A stretch of 64,000 nt of DNA from Somniosus microcephalus (lineage: Eukaryota), in contig CM126204.1 in the NCBI GenBank assembly GCA_052327205.1, positions 28,458,001-28,522,000 of the forward strand, in the 5' to 3' direction. Position numbers and translations under genes: made by a program. Each line of letters opens with the position of its first letter. The first letter of the stretch is position 1. A model generated the notes under the pieces. It worked only from the letters and a program-made list of their open reading frames with translations, was not told where the DNA came from and searched no databases. This document shows positions 12,933-25,643 of this stretch, in pieces.

Positions 12933-13372
12933 ATGAAAGAATGAACATGCATTTTTGCAGTACGTTTCATGATCTCCGGATGTCGCAAAGCGCTTCACAG
13001 CCAATGAAGTGTAGTCATTGCTGTAACATAGGAAACGGGGCAACCAATTTGCACATAGCAAGGCCACACAAACAACAGTGAGATACATGATCAGATAATC
13101 TGTTTTTTCCCAATGAAGTTGGTTGAGGGATAAATGTTAGCTAGGACTCCAAGAGAACTCTACTGCTCTCCTTCGGATAGTGCCATGGGATCTTTTACAT
13201 CCACCAGAGAGGGCAGACGGAGCCTCGGTTTAACATCCCATCCGAAAGACGGCACCTCTGACAGCATATCATACTGCACTGAAGTGTCAGTGTAGGTTAT
13301 ATGTTCACGTCTATGGAGTGAGGCTTGAATTCATGACCTTCTGACTCAGATGAGGCAATGCTGAGACACAAA
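12933..13372 (-). mobile_element. Deu-domain tRNA SINE (SacSINE1-like)
   Basis: Central gtgccatgggatcttttacatccacc..gagagggcagacgg..cctcggtttaac block, tRNA-like head and L2-type tail. Confidence 0.85.
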
Positions 13373-13420
13373 CCCAGCGTGAAGGGAACGTGAACTGCCT
13401 TTATGAGAGATTTTTAAAAA

Positions 13421-13610
13421 CTGTAAACCTGAAATAAAGACAGAAAATGATGGAAATGTACAGAAGGTTTGTAGGCGTCTGAAAACAGAAGATAGGTTAA
13501 CATTTCAAGGAGAGACTCTTCATCAGACCTGGTGAAAGGTTTCTACCCAAAATATGAATTTTTTATTATTAAGATGCCTATGAGCTTATGTATATACACA
13601 CTTTTTAAAA
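13421..13610. mobile_element. Degenerate inverted pair of Penelope-type termini with two decayed hammerhead motifs
   Basis: 13421-13530 resembles 32765-32885 (ctgaaataaa.acagaaaatg..gttaac.tttca..cttcatcag). It is followed by a more decayed inverted copy (ctggtgaaagg..cccaaaatatgaa). Confidence 0.55.
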
Positions 13611-14576
13611 CCACTGAAGAGGAAATAGTTTGTTCAAATCTTGCATGAAGTATGTTACCCTCTTTTTCTCCATTTACTTTTCCATCACTGGTCCTGCAGC
13701 CAACAGGCCAGAGGATGTATAGCAAGCTGCAAGGCCACCTCTGTTACTGTCCTGGCAAAGATTTCCCCCACCCAATCTGTTTCCCCCTAGCTGGGAAATG
13801 CCCGTCACACTTGGTGGCTCCTTGCGACGTCGTCAACGCAAGTGGGGAAACCAAAATGGCCGAGAATGCAGCGGGAAAGCAATGTGTCCTCAGGCCGTTG
13901 CCAGTGGTGCTCTTGAGCCAATTAAACTCAACTTCCAATTTTTCCATCCCTCCCTGTGGGGAAGCATTTGTCCTTCACTAGCACAGCCGGAGACTGAATA
14001 TTATAAATGCAAGAAGTTAAGAGTGCAAACCCATTCCATGCCAGTGTGTTTGGAGCCATCAGAGTGCTGTGCCCATCCTAAATCAATTAAAAATTAAAAA
14101 AATAATTGACTTTCCCAGGCCTTCCCAATCAAATAGGGCCACCCTCCTCGAGGATCTCGGAGGCATCACAGCTAAATTCTGGTAGCTCCCCCGCTGATTT
14201 TGTTGCAGACAATACACCGCTCCAGCTCCATAATGCACTCGACTCCTAGAACACTGGATCAGGTCTGGCCTCCTGCACTACCAACATGGCGACATGCAGC
14301 CCCAGTTTTCCAGCAAACAGAAAACTGAGGTGCACGAGTATTTTTAAAAGGATATTGTTAGTTGCTTGGAAAAGAGAACTATTAAAAGGATATCAAGAGT
14401 GAGGAGTGTGGGATTATTGGCTCACGTAGTGAAAAATACAAGTGCAGACTTGAAGGGTAGATTGGCTGGTTTCTGTGCTGTGAAATGCTTACCACTCAAT
14501 GGGGATACCAAGCTGAATTACGTGTCATTATGAATTCTCTGCACAATATTTCCTCAATGTATTTCTTGGACTGCAA

Positions 14577-14886
14577 TCACACAGAATCACAACAGTGCAG
14601 ATAGAGGCCATTTCGGCCCATCGAGCCTGCACCGACACATATCCCACCCGATCCCCATAACCCAACGTATTTAATCCCCCTAACACTAAGGGTCAATTTA
14701 TCATAGCCAATCAACCTAGCCCGCACATCTTTGGACTGTGGGAGGAAACCGGAGCACCCGGAGGAAACCCACGCAAACACGGGGAGAATGTGCAAACTCC
14801 ACACAGACAGTCACCCGAGGCCGGATTCGAACCCGGGTCTCTGGCGCTGTGAGGCAACAGTGCTAACCACTATGCCACCGTGCTGC
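14577..14886 (-). mobile_element. Full-length V-SINE (HE1-like, tRNA-derived)
   Basis: Minus strand shows A box TGGCATAGTGG, B box GGTTCGAATCC, V-domain GTGTGGAGTTTGCACATTCTCCCCGTG..GGTTTCCTCCGGGTGCTCCGGTTTCCTCCCAC and a CR1-type tail. CTGCAA occurs at both ends. Confidence 0.92.
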
Positions 14887-15434
14887 AAAAAGCAATGTTT
14901 TACTTAGCCTTGCACTATATTATCAAAGCTCTATATTTCGGTAAAGTTCCTCAACTATATTTTTACTATCACTATTTGAAATTTCAGAACAGGCAATTCT
15001 TAAAGAGATGGAGACAAATATTTATTTTGAAGGCTGAGACAGTCTTTCAGTATCTGGAGGGATAAAATCTTAAAGCACCTGCGCCTATGTCGCTTTTGTT
15101 TGTTGAGCAGAGTAAAGACTTTGACTCCCAGAGCTGCCCTTTGGCAATATAATTCTCAATTCACACAAGTCCCATGTCTATGTAATACCTATAGCTTCCC
15201 ATGCAATTATGCAGCATATACACTTCCCCTGTATAATGTTATAATCAGCAGTTAGCAGGATATTGCAGGCATCTAAATTGGGTTTGTGCGGAAATAACAA
15301 AAGGATGCTTAAAATGGTCTCCATGGAATTGCCATTCAACACAGAGAGTACTTGACACTAAGCTGTTAAACATAGAATTTATCCAACAAGCATGCAAATA
15401 ATTGACAAGCATCACAGACACAGGGTGTGTTGTG

Positions 15435-15735
15435 TAGGATCTAGAACGAGGAGGTATAGTCTCAGGATAAGAGGCTAGCCATTTAAGACTGAGATGAGGA
15501 GGAATTTCTTCACTCAGAGGATTGTGAATCTTTGGAATTCTCTAACCCAAAGGGCCGTGGATGCTGAGTCGTTGAGTATATTCAAGGCTGAGAAAGATAG
15601 ATTGTTGGATTCTAGGGGAATCAAGGGATATGGAGACTGGGTGGGAAAGTAGAGTTGAGGTCGAAGATCAGCCATGATCTTATTGAAGGGTCGAGGGGCC
15701 GTATGGCCTACTCCTGCTCCTAATTCTTATGTTCA
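15435..15735 (+). mobile_element. CR1 3' fragment
   Basis: gagatgaggaggaatttcttcactcagagg..gatcagccatgatc..ggcctactcctgctcct. Confidence 0.9.
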
Positions 15736-18700
15736 GAACACAGGCACTGGGCATGTTGTGTGGGCCCCGAATCATATCCACAGGGTGTATTGTATAGGTC
15801 CAACCACTGTGCCAGTGGTAGTTAGGGTCACCACTGCCCTTAATTGCCATGCTACAGGGTCATTCCGGGCTGCTACTGGGAACTAGTGTAACATTAGACA
15901 AATAGATGTATTAAGCAAGTCATGGAAGCAACTGACTATTTCGGGAACTGCCCCTTTAAGTTGCTGCAGGCATTTAAATTCTATAGCAGCACACTAATTC
16001 TTATCCCGCAACGGGTGAGGGGCAATCAGTAACATACCCAACTCTTAAAGCGCACCGTGATTACTTAAATTAAGCTGACCCCAGAAAGCTCAGCAAGGTC
16101 GGCCCACTTCACATCAAGTGGATGTGAATTGTGCACCACCCCACTGACATTCAGGATTTTGCCAGAGTGGAAAATTCTAGGCGTTCATATTTTACATACA
16201 GACACTTTCACCTCTTTCGAAAGGTTTTGCCCATCATCTTTTCAACCTCACTAGCAGGGACCAAATGAGCTAGAACAGCTTCAGCAAGCACACATTTGTA
16301 ATGATTTACGTAGCTTAAATTGCCGTCTTAATTTTTGGTAATCTGACTACCTCAAACATAAATATAAATTTTATCTGTACCACCCCTTGACCTCTGGGTT
16401 AACATTGCTCACAGGAACATCCTCCCTACATAGCTCCTTTCTAAAATGACATTTTATAAAATATATAAATGTACAACGTCACCGGGGCAGATACTTGAAC
16501 TCAGAGCAACAATTGAAAATGGATGGATTAACCGAGCAGAGTAGGAACTTAGTTCCAATTTCGGCACCTCAAAGTGTTCTCTCAAAAGGCCGTTGAATTA
16601 TAAAGATGTATTCAATGATCTGTACTCCCACACACTGAATGTAGTATTTTCCTCCATGGATATGAATATGTTTCCTCTTACCACAACTCTAAGTGAAAAA
16701 TAAGCACGAAAGTGCAACGTCTTTCAATGATATCCATTCCCGACAAGAAAATCAGGTGGATCCTTTCAACTTATGTTTGTGCAGTTAAATATCTTAGTAT
16801 TGATAATTTAAAATGCTGGTCAGGTTAAAAAGCTGTATGGTTTCAATATTTCGTAGGTCAGTATGATTTCAAATTGATCTTTATAATTTAATCTACTCAG
16901 CCAGTCCATTATGAAGAAGATGCAAGCAGTCACCAAGTGGGATACTGGTCAAGAAGGTTGGGTGGTGGGAAGGGCGGGGGGGGGGGGGAATCCAGAGCCC
17001 TCACACCCCTCTGAAGAGACTGGTTATAAAGCAGTACTGGTACAGGCCTGGGAGTAGGTTACTCACCCATTCAGTTTGCCCAATTATCAACCAAAACCGT
17101 GTACACGTGTTTGCGTTGGTGGGTAATTCACACAAAAAACCCATCAGTTACATTTTGGGGTTTTTACACGAGACACATTTCTTGGGTTCAGCGTCAATGA
17201 GCACTTTCATAGGCAGACTGTGTGCCCCTGCAAACCAGCGTGTTCAATACCTAGGTAAATATAACTAGTTCCAGGGATTAAACAGAGAACCCTTGGCACT
17301 GTATTCCCGTTTACTGGAATGTAGGACGTGCGGTCGCATGACCTTGGTTTTCAGTAGAAGGACTGAATATATCCATCAGACCGAAGCACATGCTACAAAC
17401 TGACCAACAAATTTATTTAACATTAAACAAGTAATTTAGCATTTTTCAGTACAATCAGTAGATTAACAGCAATTCTAATTTTTACTATTCTAGAAATGTC
17501 AAAACAACAAAGGTTTCTTTCTCTAACATTGATCTTGACACACACAGTTACTCACTATTTGGATAAGTACCTGAAGGAAAGAAAAATTGCTGGGCTACGG
17601 GGAAAGGGCGGGGGAACTAGCTGAGGTGCTCTTGCAGAGAGCGGCACGGGCTCGATGGGCCGAATGGCCTCCTACTGTGCTGTAACGCTTCTATGCACAA
17701 ACATCCCATCAGTGTATGGGATTCTCTGTTTATTGCATGACAGAGGGGTGAACAACAAATTGATTCAAGAAGCATTATTTAAGATACTAACAAGCTGCCA
17801 TCGAAATTCTGACAGCATTACTTTAGCAATTAGCTCAACATGTCATTTCCTAATATTCACTTGGTTTGAATCACAGTTCCCCTATGATCAATAGCCATCT
17901 CATCTAATTTCACGTCATTACAGCTGACATCGAGCATGTTTCAACTAGGTGACAGCTCCTGAAATTAAAATTCAAGATGTAAACCACTAGCTGTAGGAAA
18001 AAAAACACATTAATTTAAGGGAATTATTGTACATTTTAATGTGTGGGGTAAAAACACAGTAGACCAAGAATTGTTGACATAATCCGGAATTTATATCCAA
18101 CAAAACTGGCCTGGTTTACTTTGGATATCTCCTACTCTATTTCCAAGCAAAAAAGAAATGCCTTGCTTCACTTCTGAAATCAGCTGTTTCCATTAGGTTT
18201 ATTATTCTCCTATTAATGCAATCATGAATTTAAAAGGTTTGTATTTCCGACAGGTATTCAAACATCAATGTCTGTTTTGACTTGCTGAGCGTTAAAAACT
18301 AAAGATGACAGACAGCTTTGATCCACTGCTTCCATTAAAATATGGATCTGTGCTTGCACAATGTTTGTGTTGCTGAATCTGTGATTTTCTCCAATTCTAA
18401 GCATCCATTCTGACAACTAAATAAGGTTTTGGGGCTGAATTGCAATATGTGCTCACTGGCAATTTTTAAAAACATGCTTTATATGTCAATTGTACTCCTT
18501 CACAGCTGCCTGGGAGATAAATATCCAACTATCAGGTGCTAAACACACACAACTTTTTGTTCATTGCTGCCACTGTACTGAGAGCATGATTAGATTCTTT
18601 CAATGCTATTTTTTTTGTTGCATTGTAATCTCTTTTCTAGCGCTGCACATCTCACAGCACCATTCTCATACAGAACGTTAGATAGCTGGGAGTGAATTAC

Positions 18701-18979
18701 AAGTTGGTAATACAACGGGCAGTAGCTGACGCTATCAAACTGCAAAAGCAAATCTTGAGTGTTTGCTGAGATCAAAGCTCAATTTACCCTAGAGTGTCGC
18801 TATAGAAATGCTGTATAGAGGGGAAAGGGGGAGATGGATAGCATCATTGGCTCTCCTTAGTGCAAGTGAATAGCCTGAGATTAGTTGTGGAGTATCTCAA
18901 CCAGGCTGAATAAAACAATGTGGCAGCAAACATCTCCAGCTTGGAAATATAAAGGATTAGAGGAAGGGTAAGAGAACAG

Positions 18980-19210
18980 CGACGTAATAAAACTCACTAT
19001 GCACTTGGTTTGAGTATAAAGCAAGGCTTTAATCAACTTGTTTCAGAACATGGAGGTCTAGTTGTACTTCACTAGTTCCTTGTCTTACAAAATGTCCCTG
19101 GCAAGCTGGGGCCATCGCCCGAGTATTTATACTCCTTGGACGGCGCCACCAGCTGGCCGCCCAGCGTTATTTCACAAGTAGTTTCTTGATGAATGATGAG
19201 ATTTATAACA
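18980..19210 (-). mobile_element. Probable solo LTR (231 bp)
   Basis: 5-bp TSD AACAG (18975-18979, 19211-19215). The minus strand starts TGTTAT and ends ...ACGTCG (CA mutated), with internal TATAAATA followed by ATTAAA. Confidence 0.7.
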
Positions 19211-21824
19211 AACAGTAACTAGATAAACAGATGCTTATTTCTCTTCAATAAGTAGAGAAAATGTTACACTACAGCCAGAAATAAACTGAAAACTATATTG
19301 AAAGCAAAATAATTTTATTGCTGCATCACATCAAACCTGTGGATGAAATGACCATTAGTTAAAAAAGATTAGAGCTCAGTACAGACATGCAATGAAAACA
19401 CAATTATAATATAATGAAGATATTATTGCAAGCTATCTGCAGAAAAGAGATCTAAATCTATGACTGAGTAAATGAATAATTCAGCAGCACTCATTAGGAG
19501 AGAAGAGAATTAGGTCATGCCCAAAGCTAATTTGAGGAGAAATTGATAAACACTCAAATATCCTCCAGTAATAGCAGATGGTCATAATCTACTTTTAGAA
19601 ATCTAAAACATAAAACAATACTGTGAAACCAAGATCATATCTCAGATTACATTATCAAGCTTTTGTGAAGGTTATTTAAGTCTAATTGCATAATTTCAAC
19701 ATACAATTTTAATCATCTGGAAAAAGACGACAGCTTTTTCTGGAGATCAAATACGCGCTGAGAGAATAAGCTCTCATAATTTAGCTACTGAACAGTTTAA
19801 TGCACAAAATCCAAACTAGCAGCAGGAGACCTTCAGTGACTGACATGTAATAAGAGGATGTAGTCTTCATCTCTTCTAATTATAATATGGAGAGACCATA
19901 TAATCCTCGGAGCTTTCCTATCTACCTAATACACATGGAAATACTTGTTCTGGAAAAATTTTCACCCCCAAATATTTTTCTTAGGAATTCTCCCCTCTGA
20001 TTTCCCCAGGCCACAAAATTCTAGTAGTAAAGGATATGGATGGGTTCAACCTGCCAAACCAATGCTATTTTGAGTAGCTCACAAGGGTAGCTTGGGATCA
20101 TTTTCCCTTCCTATGGAAAAACATCTGGCCATAAATGGGTACCCTCTTATAGCTGGGGCTGCCAAACCGAGGCAGTAATGCTTCCTAAATGCACATAAAT
20201 CAATTGTTACAATGCCAATGATACATTTGCAGCTTAAGACACAGACTCAGAATTGAGGCAGCCCTCTCGAGATTTAGGTCACCCCTCTCAAAAGCCACGC
20301 TAGCAGAGCACTGTGCTTATATGGCATTGGTATTGATTGACTGGCAGTCAATTCCAACCAGTGTACTAAAATAACTGCTGACTCTTCCATCCATGTCTTC
20401 AGTATAATCTTGAACATGAGGAGAAGCAGCAGGTATTTGTTTTAAAAATAAAATCCCTTTTCACACATCTAGAACAGATGTATGGCCTCTGCAGAAAAAT
20501 CTCTCGAGACCAATCTTTGGATACTCCCCTCATTGCAAAGATGAGTTGGTTGATTCTAAATAGAGGACCTCACTTGTGTAACTGAGAACACTTGTGCAAG
20601 GCATCTACTGCAATATTCTGCACTCCTCAAAGCACTGACGGAAAAACATTAAAATGGTGAGCTTCTGACAACACCAATGCCATACATAGTTGACACAGGG
20701 GACAGGAGTGAAACCCATCTGAACAAGAGATGGTGGCAAAGCCTATAATCTCAATCTAATCAGTATGCTTATGTCAAGATCACTATCTTGCTGGTTCGTT
20801 GGACTAGTCATCATGTGTAGATATGGGCGGACGTGAGTGCTGGGATCAAACGCAGGGTCCCATTACACTTTGTGAACACCATGGGTGCTAACATAATTTA
20901 CATCTCATCATTATTACCCAACTTCTTTTTACAGTTTTAACATTTTACAATTCAAATGCTGTGCTAGTTTCAATTGGTAGGCAGATTGTCACTGCGTAGT
21001 CAGGAGATATTCTCCTCCATAGGTTCATGGCATATGTAATGTTTAGCCTTTATGTTAAAGTGCAGCACATCAAAAATGGCAAACACTGCACACTAGCAGA
21101 CCTTCCAAATCACTCTCATTTTGAGGAGGATACAACCACATTTGAACAGTCCATCCTCATTAAATATCACCAGCACTTGTAAAATACAAAAGTGCACCTT
21201 ATTTGAATCAAACTGATTACATGAACTGCTCGTGCCAACTTTCAGTGCCCGTGCAGACAACAGTACAAATCACGGCGTGCCCTCATAAAACAGGAGCGTG
21301 AGTATTTCTGCTCTCCCATACTCCAGTACCTTATTAACCATCCAAAGACAAAGTTCTGCTGAGCTTGACAGTGAGGGTAAATCAGAAACCCACCAATTGC
21401 TAAAGTAGTGATGCGAGACACAGAGCTGGTTCACTAAATCAGCACACGGTTATGTAAAGCTGGAAGAGTATGGTTGGCAAGGTTGGGCTTGGGAGTGTTA
21501 TGGCCACTACACAAATATTTTACTAAAGAGGAAAAGAGAGCAATACACGAGTCCCAGAAATGACTCAGGTTTTCCATCAAGAACCACAAAAGTGTCTTTG
21601 ATCTAAAGTCACCAAATAGCCACAGCTGATTTGGTTACGCATCATGCCTTTGTGCTTGGCTGTGTCTGCACCTTCAAAACTTTCCTTAAGTTGGAAGCCA
21701 TGTACTGACATTGGCTGGTAATGTCTAAGAAAAAGGGATTACAGTTAATTGTTCCCATACTCTCGACATCTTGCCTGGTACCAGACTGAAACAGCCACCG
21801 ATGCAAAACATGTAAATTCTTTTT

Positions 21825-22190
21825 AGGTTCAGAATTATGAGGGGTTTTGATAGGACTAAATAACGAGAAACTGTTTCCACTGGCAGGCAGATCAATAACC
21901 AGAGGACACAGATTTAAAGTAATTGGAAAAAGAACCAGAGGGGAGATCAGGAGAAATGTTTTTAATGCAGCGAGTTGTTATAATCTGGAATGCACTACCT
22001 GAAAGGGCGGTGGAAGCAGATTTAATAGTGACTTTGAAAAGGGAATTGGATACACAACTGAAAAGGAAAAATTTGCAGGGCTATGGGAAAAGAACGGGGA
22101 AAGTTGGACTAATTGGATAGCTCTTTCAGAGAGTTGGCACAAGCACAATGGGCCGAATAGCCTCCTTCGGTGCTTCTATGATTCTATAAT
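21825..22190 (+). mobile_element. CR1 3' fragment
   Basis: Peptide RVVIIWNALPERAVEA and CR1 tail gggccgaatagcctccttc..tctatgattctat. Confidence 0.85.
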
Positions 22191-22239
22191 AATGCAAGAG
22201 TGGGTCTCACTAAACGGCAGATGCTAAAACATATCTTAC

Positions 22240-22422
22240 CTCCTTCACTTTTATTCCAACGCCACATTCCTCAGTTATACGAAGAAGCTTGTGGTGAAAG
22301 GCAACGCATATGTAAGCATTTAAAGTAGGCCAAAAATGCAGCTGGTTGCTGTTCAAATCCACAACTACTTTCCAAGCTAGGTCAAGAGATTTCACACACA
22401 GAGACTCTTCCATCCTGTAAAG
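22240..22422 (-). CDS. TARBP1: TARBP1 coding exon (183 nt): LYRMEESLCVKSLDLAWK..FWPTLNAY..IKVKE
   Basis: tacttag|CTT acceptor and GAG|gtaaga donor; matches human ESLCIESFDMAWK..FW. Confidence 0.9.
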
Positions 22423-22709
22423 CTAAGTAAATCAAGAACAAGTTCTAATGCACAATAAAACACACTCAAATAAAAACATTTAAAATTACATTACAGTTTG
22501 CGAATATTTCTACGACAAATTTTGTTAGAATGAACATTTACAGGCCTCCGCGAAGATTAAAAGTACTTCAACTGTAGTTACAAATATGTAAATCTTGGTC
22601 AGTGTTAGCATTTTCAAGAAAAATATAGCAAAATTATTTACTGCAGGAGTAAATCAGAAATGTCCTGGTTCCTACGAATCAGACATGTGTCATATTTAAT
22701 CTTGCTCAC

Positions 22710-22971
22710 CTTAGGAATGAGAATCTTCATGCACTGCATTATGGGAAGTACTTGGTCCGACGGAACAATGTTAAGTGCTTCTATACAGGCTTGGAGAGTG
22801 AGCGCTGGATTTTCGACAACAGGTAATGAAAGCTGACAACTCTTGTTGGCTGGACTTTCAGGAGACTGCTCAAATTTGTTCAAAGTGAAATAGACGCAGG
22901 CCCACTGATCATGGACATACTGTGTAGACACCTTTCCCCAGCCCTGAGCTGAAGATCCATCCTCTAAAAGT
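22710..22971 (-). CDS. TARBP1: TARBP1 coding exon (262 nt): LLEDGSSAQGWGKVSTQYVHDQW..MKILIPK
   Basis: gtttag|A acceptor and AAG|gtgagc donor; QGWGK..QY.HDQW motif as in human. Confidence 0.92.
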
Positions 22972-24935
22972 CTAAACAAAAAAAACAAAAAATCTTGTTT
23001 TTTTTAAATCCAGGAGCAGTACAGCACTAACCCAACACTTCACATCAGTGTAAATTATGAAAGGGCAGTGAAATGCAAAGCCATTGTGCAATGTCAACAT
23101 GCAAAAATATTCCGTTCCTTCCATCTTTAAGGTTTCTGCCATGCCTCATACAATCCCCCAACAAAAAATGACAGTAGATGATCGCCTGAGACCATCAAAC
23201 TCATACAAGGGGTTTGAAGCATTGGGGCTTGACACAACTTTACAAAAATGCAGGATAACTGGACTATTCGAAAGACCTCTGCTGCAAATATGCAAGGATA
23301 GAATTTGTGCATCTAGAATTTGTTGTTTCCTTATTCTCAAAATGTCTTCGGGAGAAAGGTAAAAACTAGAATATTAAAATGGTTGACACAGCGAGTAGAA
23401 AGTGTTCACCATAATGAGCAAGATTTGCTGTTTTCATGGAAAAATGGATAAAAAGGGCAGATTTACCCCAAATCATTGCTAAAAATCCCAGAGGGAGCCC
23501 GGTGTCATAAAAATAGGATTACAGTAGATTTAGTCAGTCACTGTAGACCAGTGCACCTAAGGAGCCGAGGTGGATTCTATATCTTGTGCAGCCTCAGAGA
23601 CCACGTGTACTTGTAAAATCAGAAGTGTTTTCATGGTTACAATAATAAATGCCTCAAAGTATTATATTTAAAAAAAATAGCCCTGGATGACAACACATTG
23701 CATCTGATTAAACATCAAAACCATCTGACTTACTAGCCCTTTGAACAACTGTACCAAATTTGGTTGAACTGCGCCAATTCTTCCTCAAGTTATCGCATTT
23801 GCTGACAGCTTTTTGTTATTAAAATTCCAGCTTTCTGATTGATGAAGCTTTAAAAAAAATGAATTTGCAGCAGATGGGATAATACTTTGAAATGCATTTG
23901 AAAGCTGCAAGCTTCAATGACAAGAGCAGTCATTGTGTGATTACATTAATTGCAAGCATACTCTTTGTTTATTAATAGATTGCATTTTTGTTATTTAACA
24001 TGGCAATCCATTCTGGCAAGTGTTGTCTGGTGGGTTAACAACTTGACATATTTATTTCTGGTAAGGTAAAATAAAGTGCTGTTGGCATTAACTCAGCATT
24101 CACATGCAATTTGGATGATTATTATGGACAGAATAATAATGTTCTAGGAATACTTAATTATAAAAAGAGAACACGGTTGATTTCATATTCAGGCATGGTT
24201 TTACTAAAACCTCAGATTCTGATTAGCTGGCCGGTCATCGGTTCAACTGAAAACATCTGGTTGGCAGAACGAGTCAACACAAGATTCCTCGCTTACCTTC
24301 TTTTGGTTTTTGTGGCATTCCCCACTCAAGAATGCAGGCAAGGAGCTTGTTCCCATGTCACTATTTATGCTGCCCATTTTCGAGCTGTCTGCTGGGACGG
24401 GTATGAACAGACCTCGAGGTGCCCCACCCACCAATTTTCTCCCTCTTCATATGGGGAAAGTGCCTGGCCTTCACTCGGCACCTCCCCAATATCATGGCCG
24501 GAGTTGGACCTGCCAAGGTTTGAACAATACGCTCCAAATTTCTGAGCGTCAACAAAAATTATCGAGGCAGAGAAACAAATAAATGCCAAGACTGATTGCT
24601 TTTAATATCACATGGACCGCTCTCCCAAACCTAAATCTAGTTATGGTTTCGTTTTCTTTCCAGAACCAGTACAGCTGTTATTTCAGTCTTTCTATTTGGA
24701 CATCTCCCAATCAGAGTCAGAAAGGACATTAATCCAAGCTGGTCATCAGGGAGGTATTAACTTACACGTCTTATAGCTGGTGTCAGCTGTGCCGCTTCCT
24801 GGCAAGTTTGGAGATCTGAAATTCAAGCCAACATGGAGCTGGAAAAATTAAATTGCAAGTAACGTCCATTAGAGCTTTTTTTTTTTTAAGTAGGTAGAAT
24901 AGTAATCCTTGGATGGATGAGTACGTTACACTGAA

Positions 24936-24972
24936 AGTACTGATGAAAGGTCATCGACCTGAAACGTTAACT
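24936..24972 (+). ncRNA. Minimal type I hammerhead ribozyme motif
   Basis: AGTA CTGATGA A AGGTC-ATC-GACCT GAAA CG TT AACT: intact CUGAUGA/GAAA/UH core, 5-bp stem II and ACGU palindromic stem III; stem I imperfect. Confidence 0.7.
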
Positions 24973-25036
24973 CTGTTTCTCTCTTCACAGATGCTGCTTG
25001 ACAGACTGAGTATTTCCACCATTTTCTGTTTTTGTG
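24942..25036 (+). mobile_element. 95-nt Penelope-terminus-derived insert carrying a minimal hammerhead ribozyme motif
   Basis: Perfect 14-bp TSD ACACTGAAAGTACT (24928-24941, 25037-25050); the insert matches the reverse complement of 32785-32875. Confidence 0.85.
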
Positions 25037-25175
25037 ACACTGAAAGTACTCCCCCCTTTCTTTGTGAATTTTTGAGCTTAATCTCTAATACTTACTAGAA
25101 ATTTTTAATATTCACACTGGGCTTCCCAGCACAACAGTTTCACATTTTAAATATTAAATGTCTCGCATTACTTAC

Positions 25176-25369
25176 CCATTGTCTTGCTTACTGCAGAGAG
25201 GTTTCTCAAGATTCTGGTTGAAGGGACCAATTAAAACCGATCTGACCAGTGTCTTGACAGCATCAAGGGAGTCAAGCTGCAGCTCTGGATACTGGGCAGT
25301 AATCTCGCAAACCCAAGCTAAAGAAGCCCTAGCAACCACCATTTGGATCTGTCGTCCTAGCTTTATGAC
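25176..25369 (-). CDS. TARBP1: TARBP1 coding exon (194 nt): VIKLGRQIQMVVARASLAWVCE..PELQLDSL..QDNG
   Basis: tgtcacag|GTC acceptor and GG|gtaagt donor; the PELQLDSL motif is shared with human. Confidence 0.9.
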
Positions 25370-25643
25370 CTGTGACACAGAACATATGAATTGTTGTACC
25401 ATCAGCTTAACTGTACAACTTTTATAGGTGTTCAGATTTCATGATTTTTTTCATGTTGGATAATAGCAACAAATTTAAACACAATGCACGTTAAATTTAT
25501 ATAACTTTAGAAAACTTCATTTTAGTAAATGCACAAATTAATTATTAACAAAGTTTAATAACAATTTGCATTTATATAGCATATTTAATGTAAAAAGTAC
25601 CAAGGAGGGCGTCCAAACCAATACTTTGTCTTAGAGCTCTTAA

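Noticed and set aside
14810-14886. tRNA gene
   Set aside because: The A and B boxes belong to the SINE head and continue into the V-domain and LINE tail.
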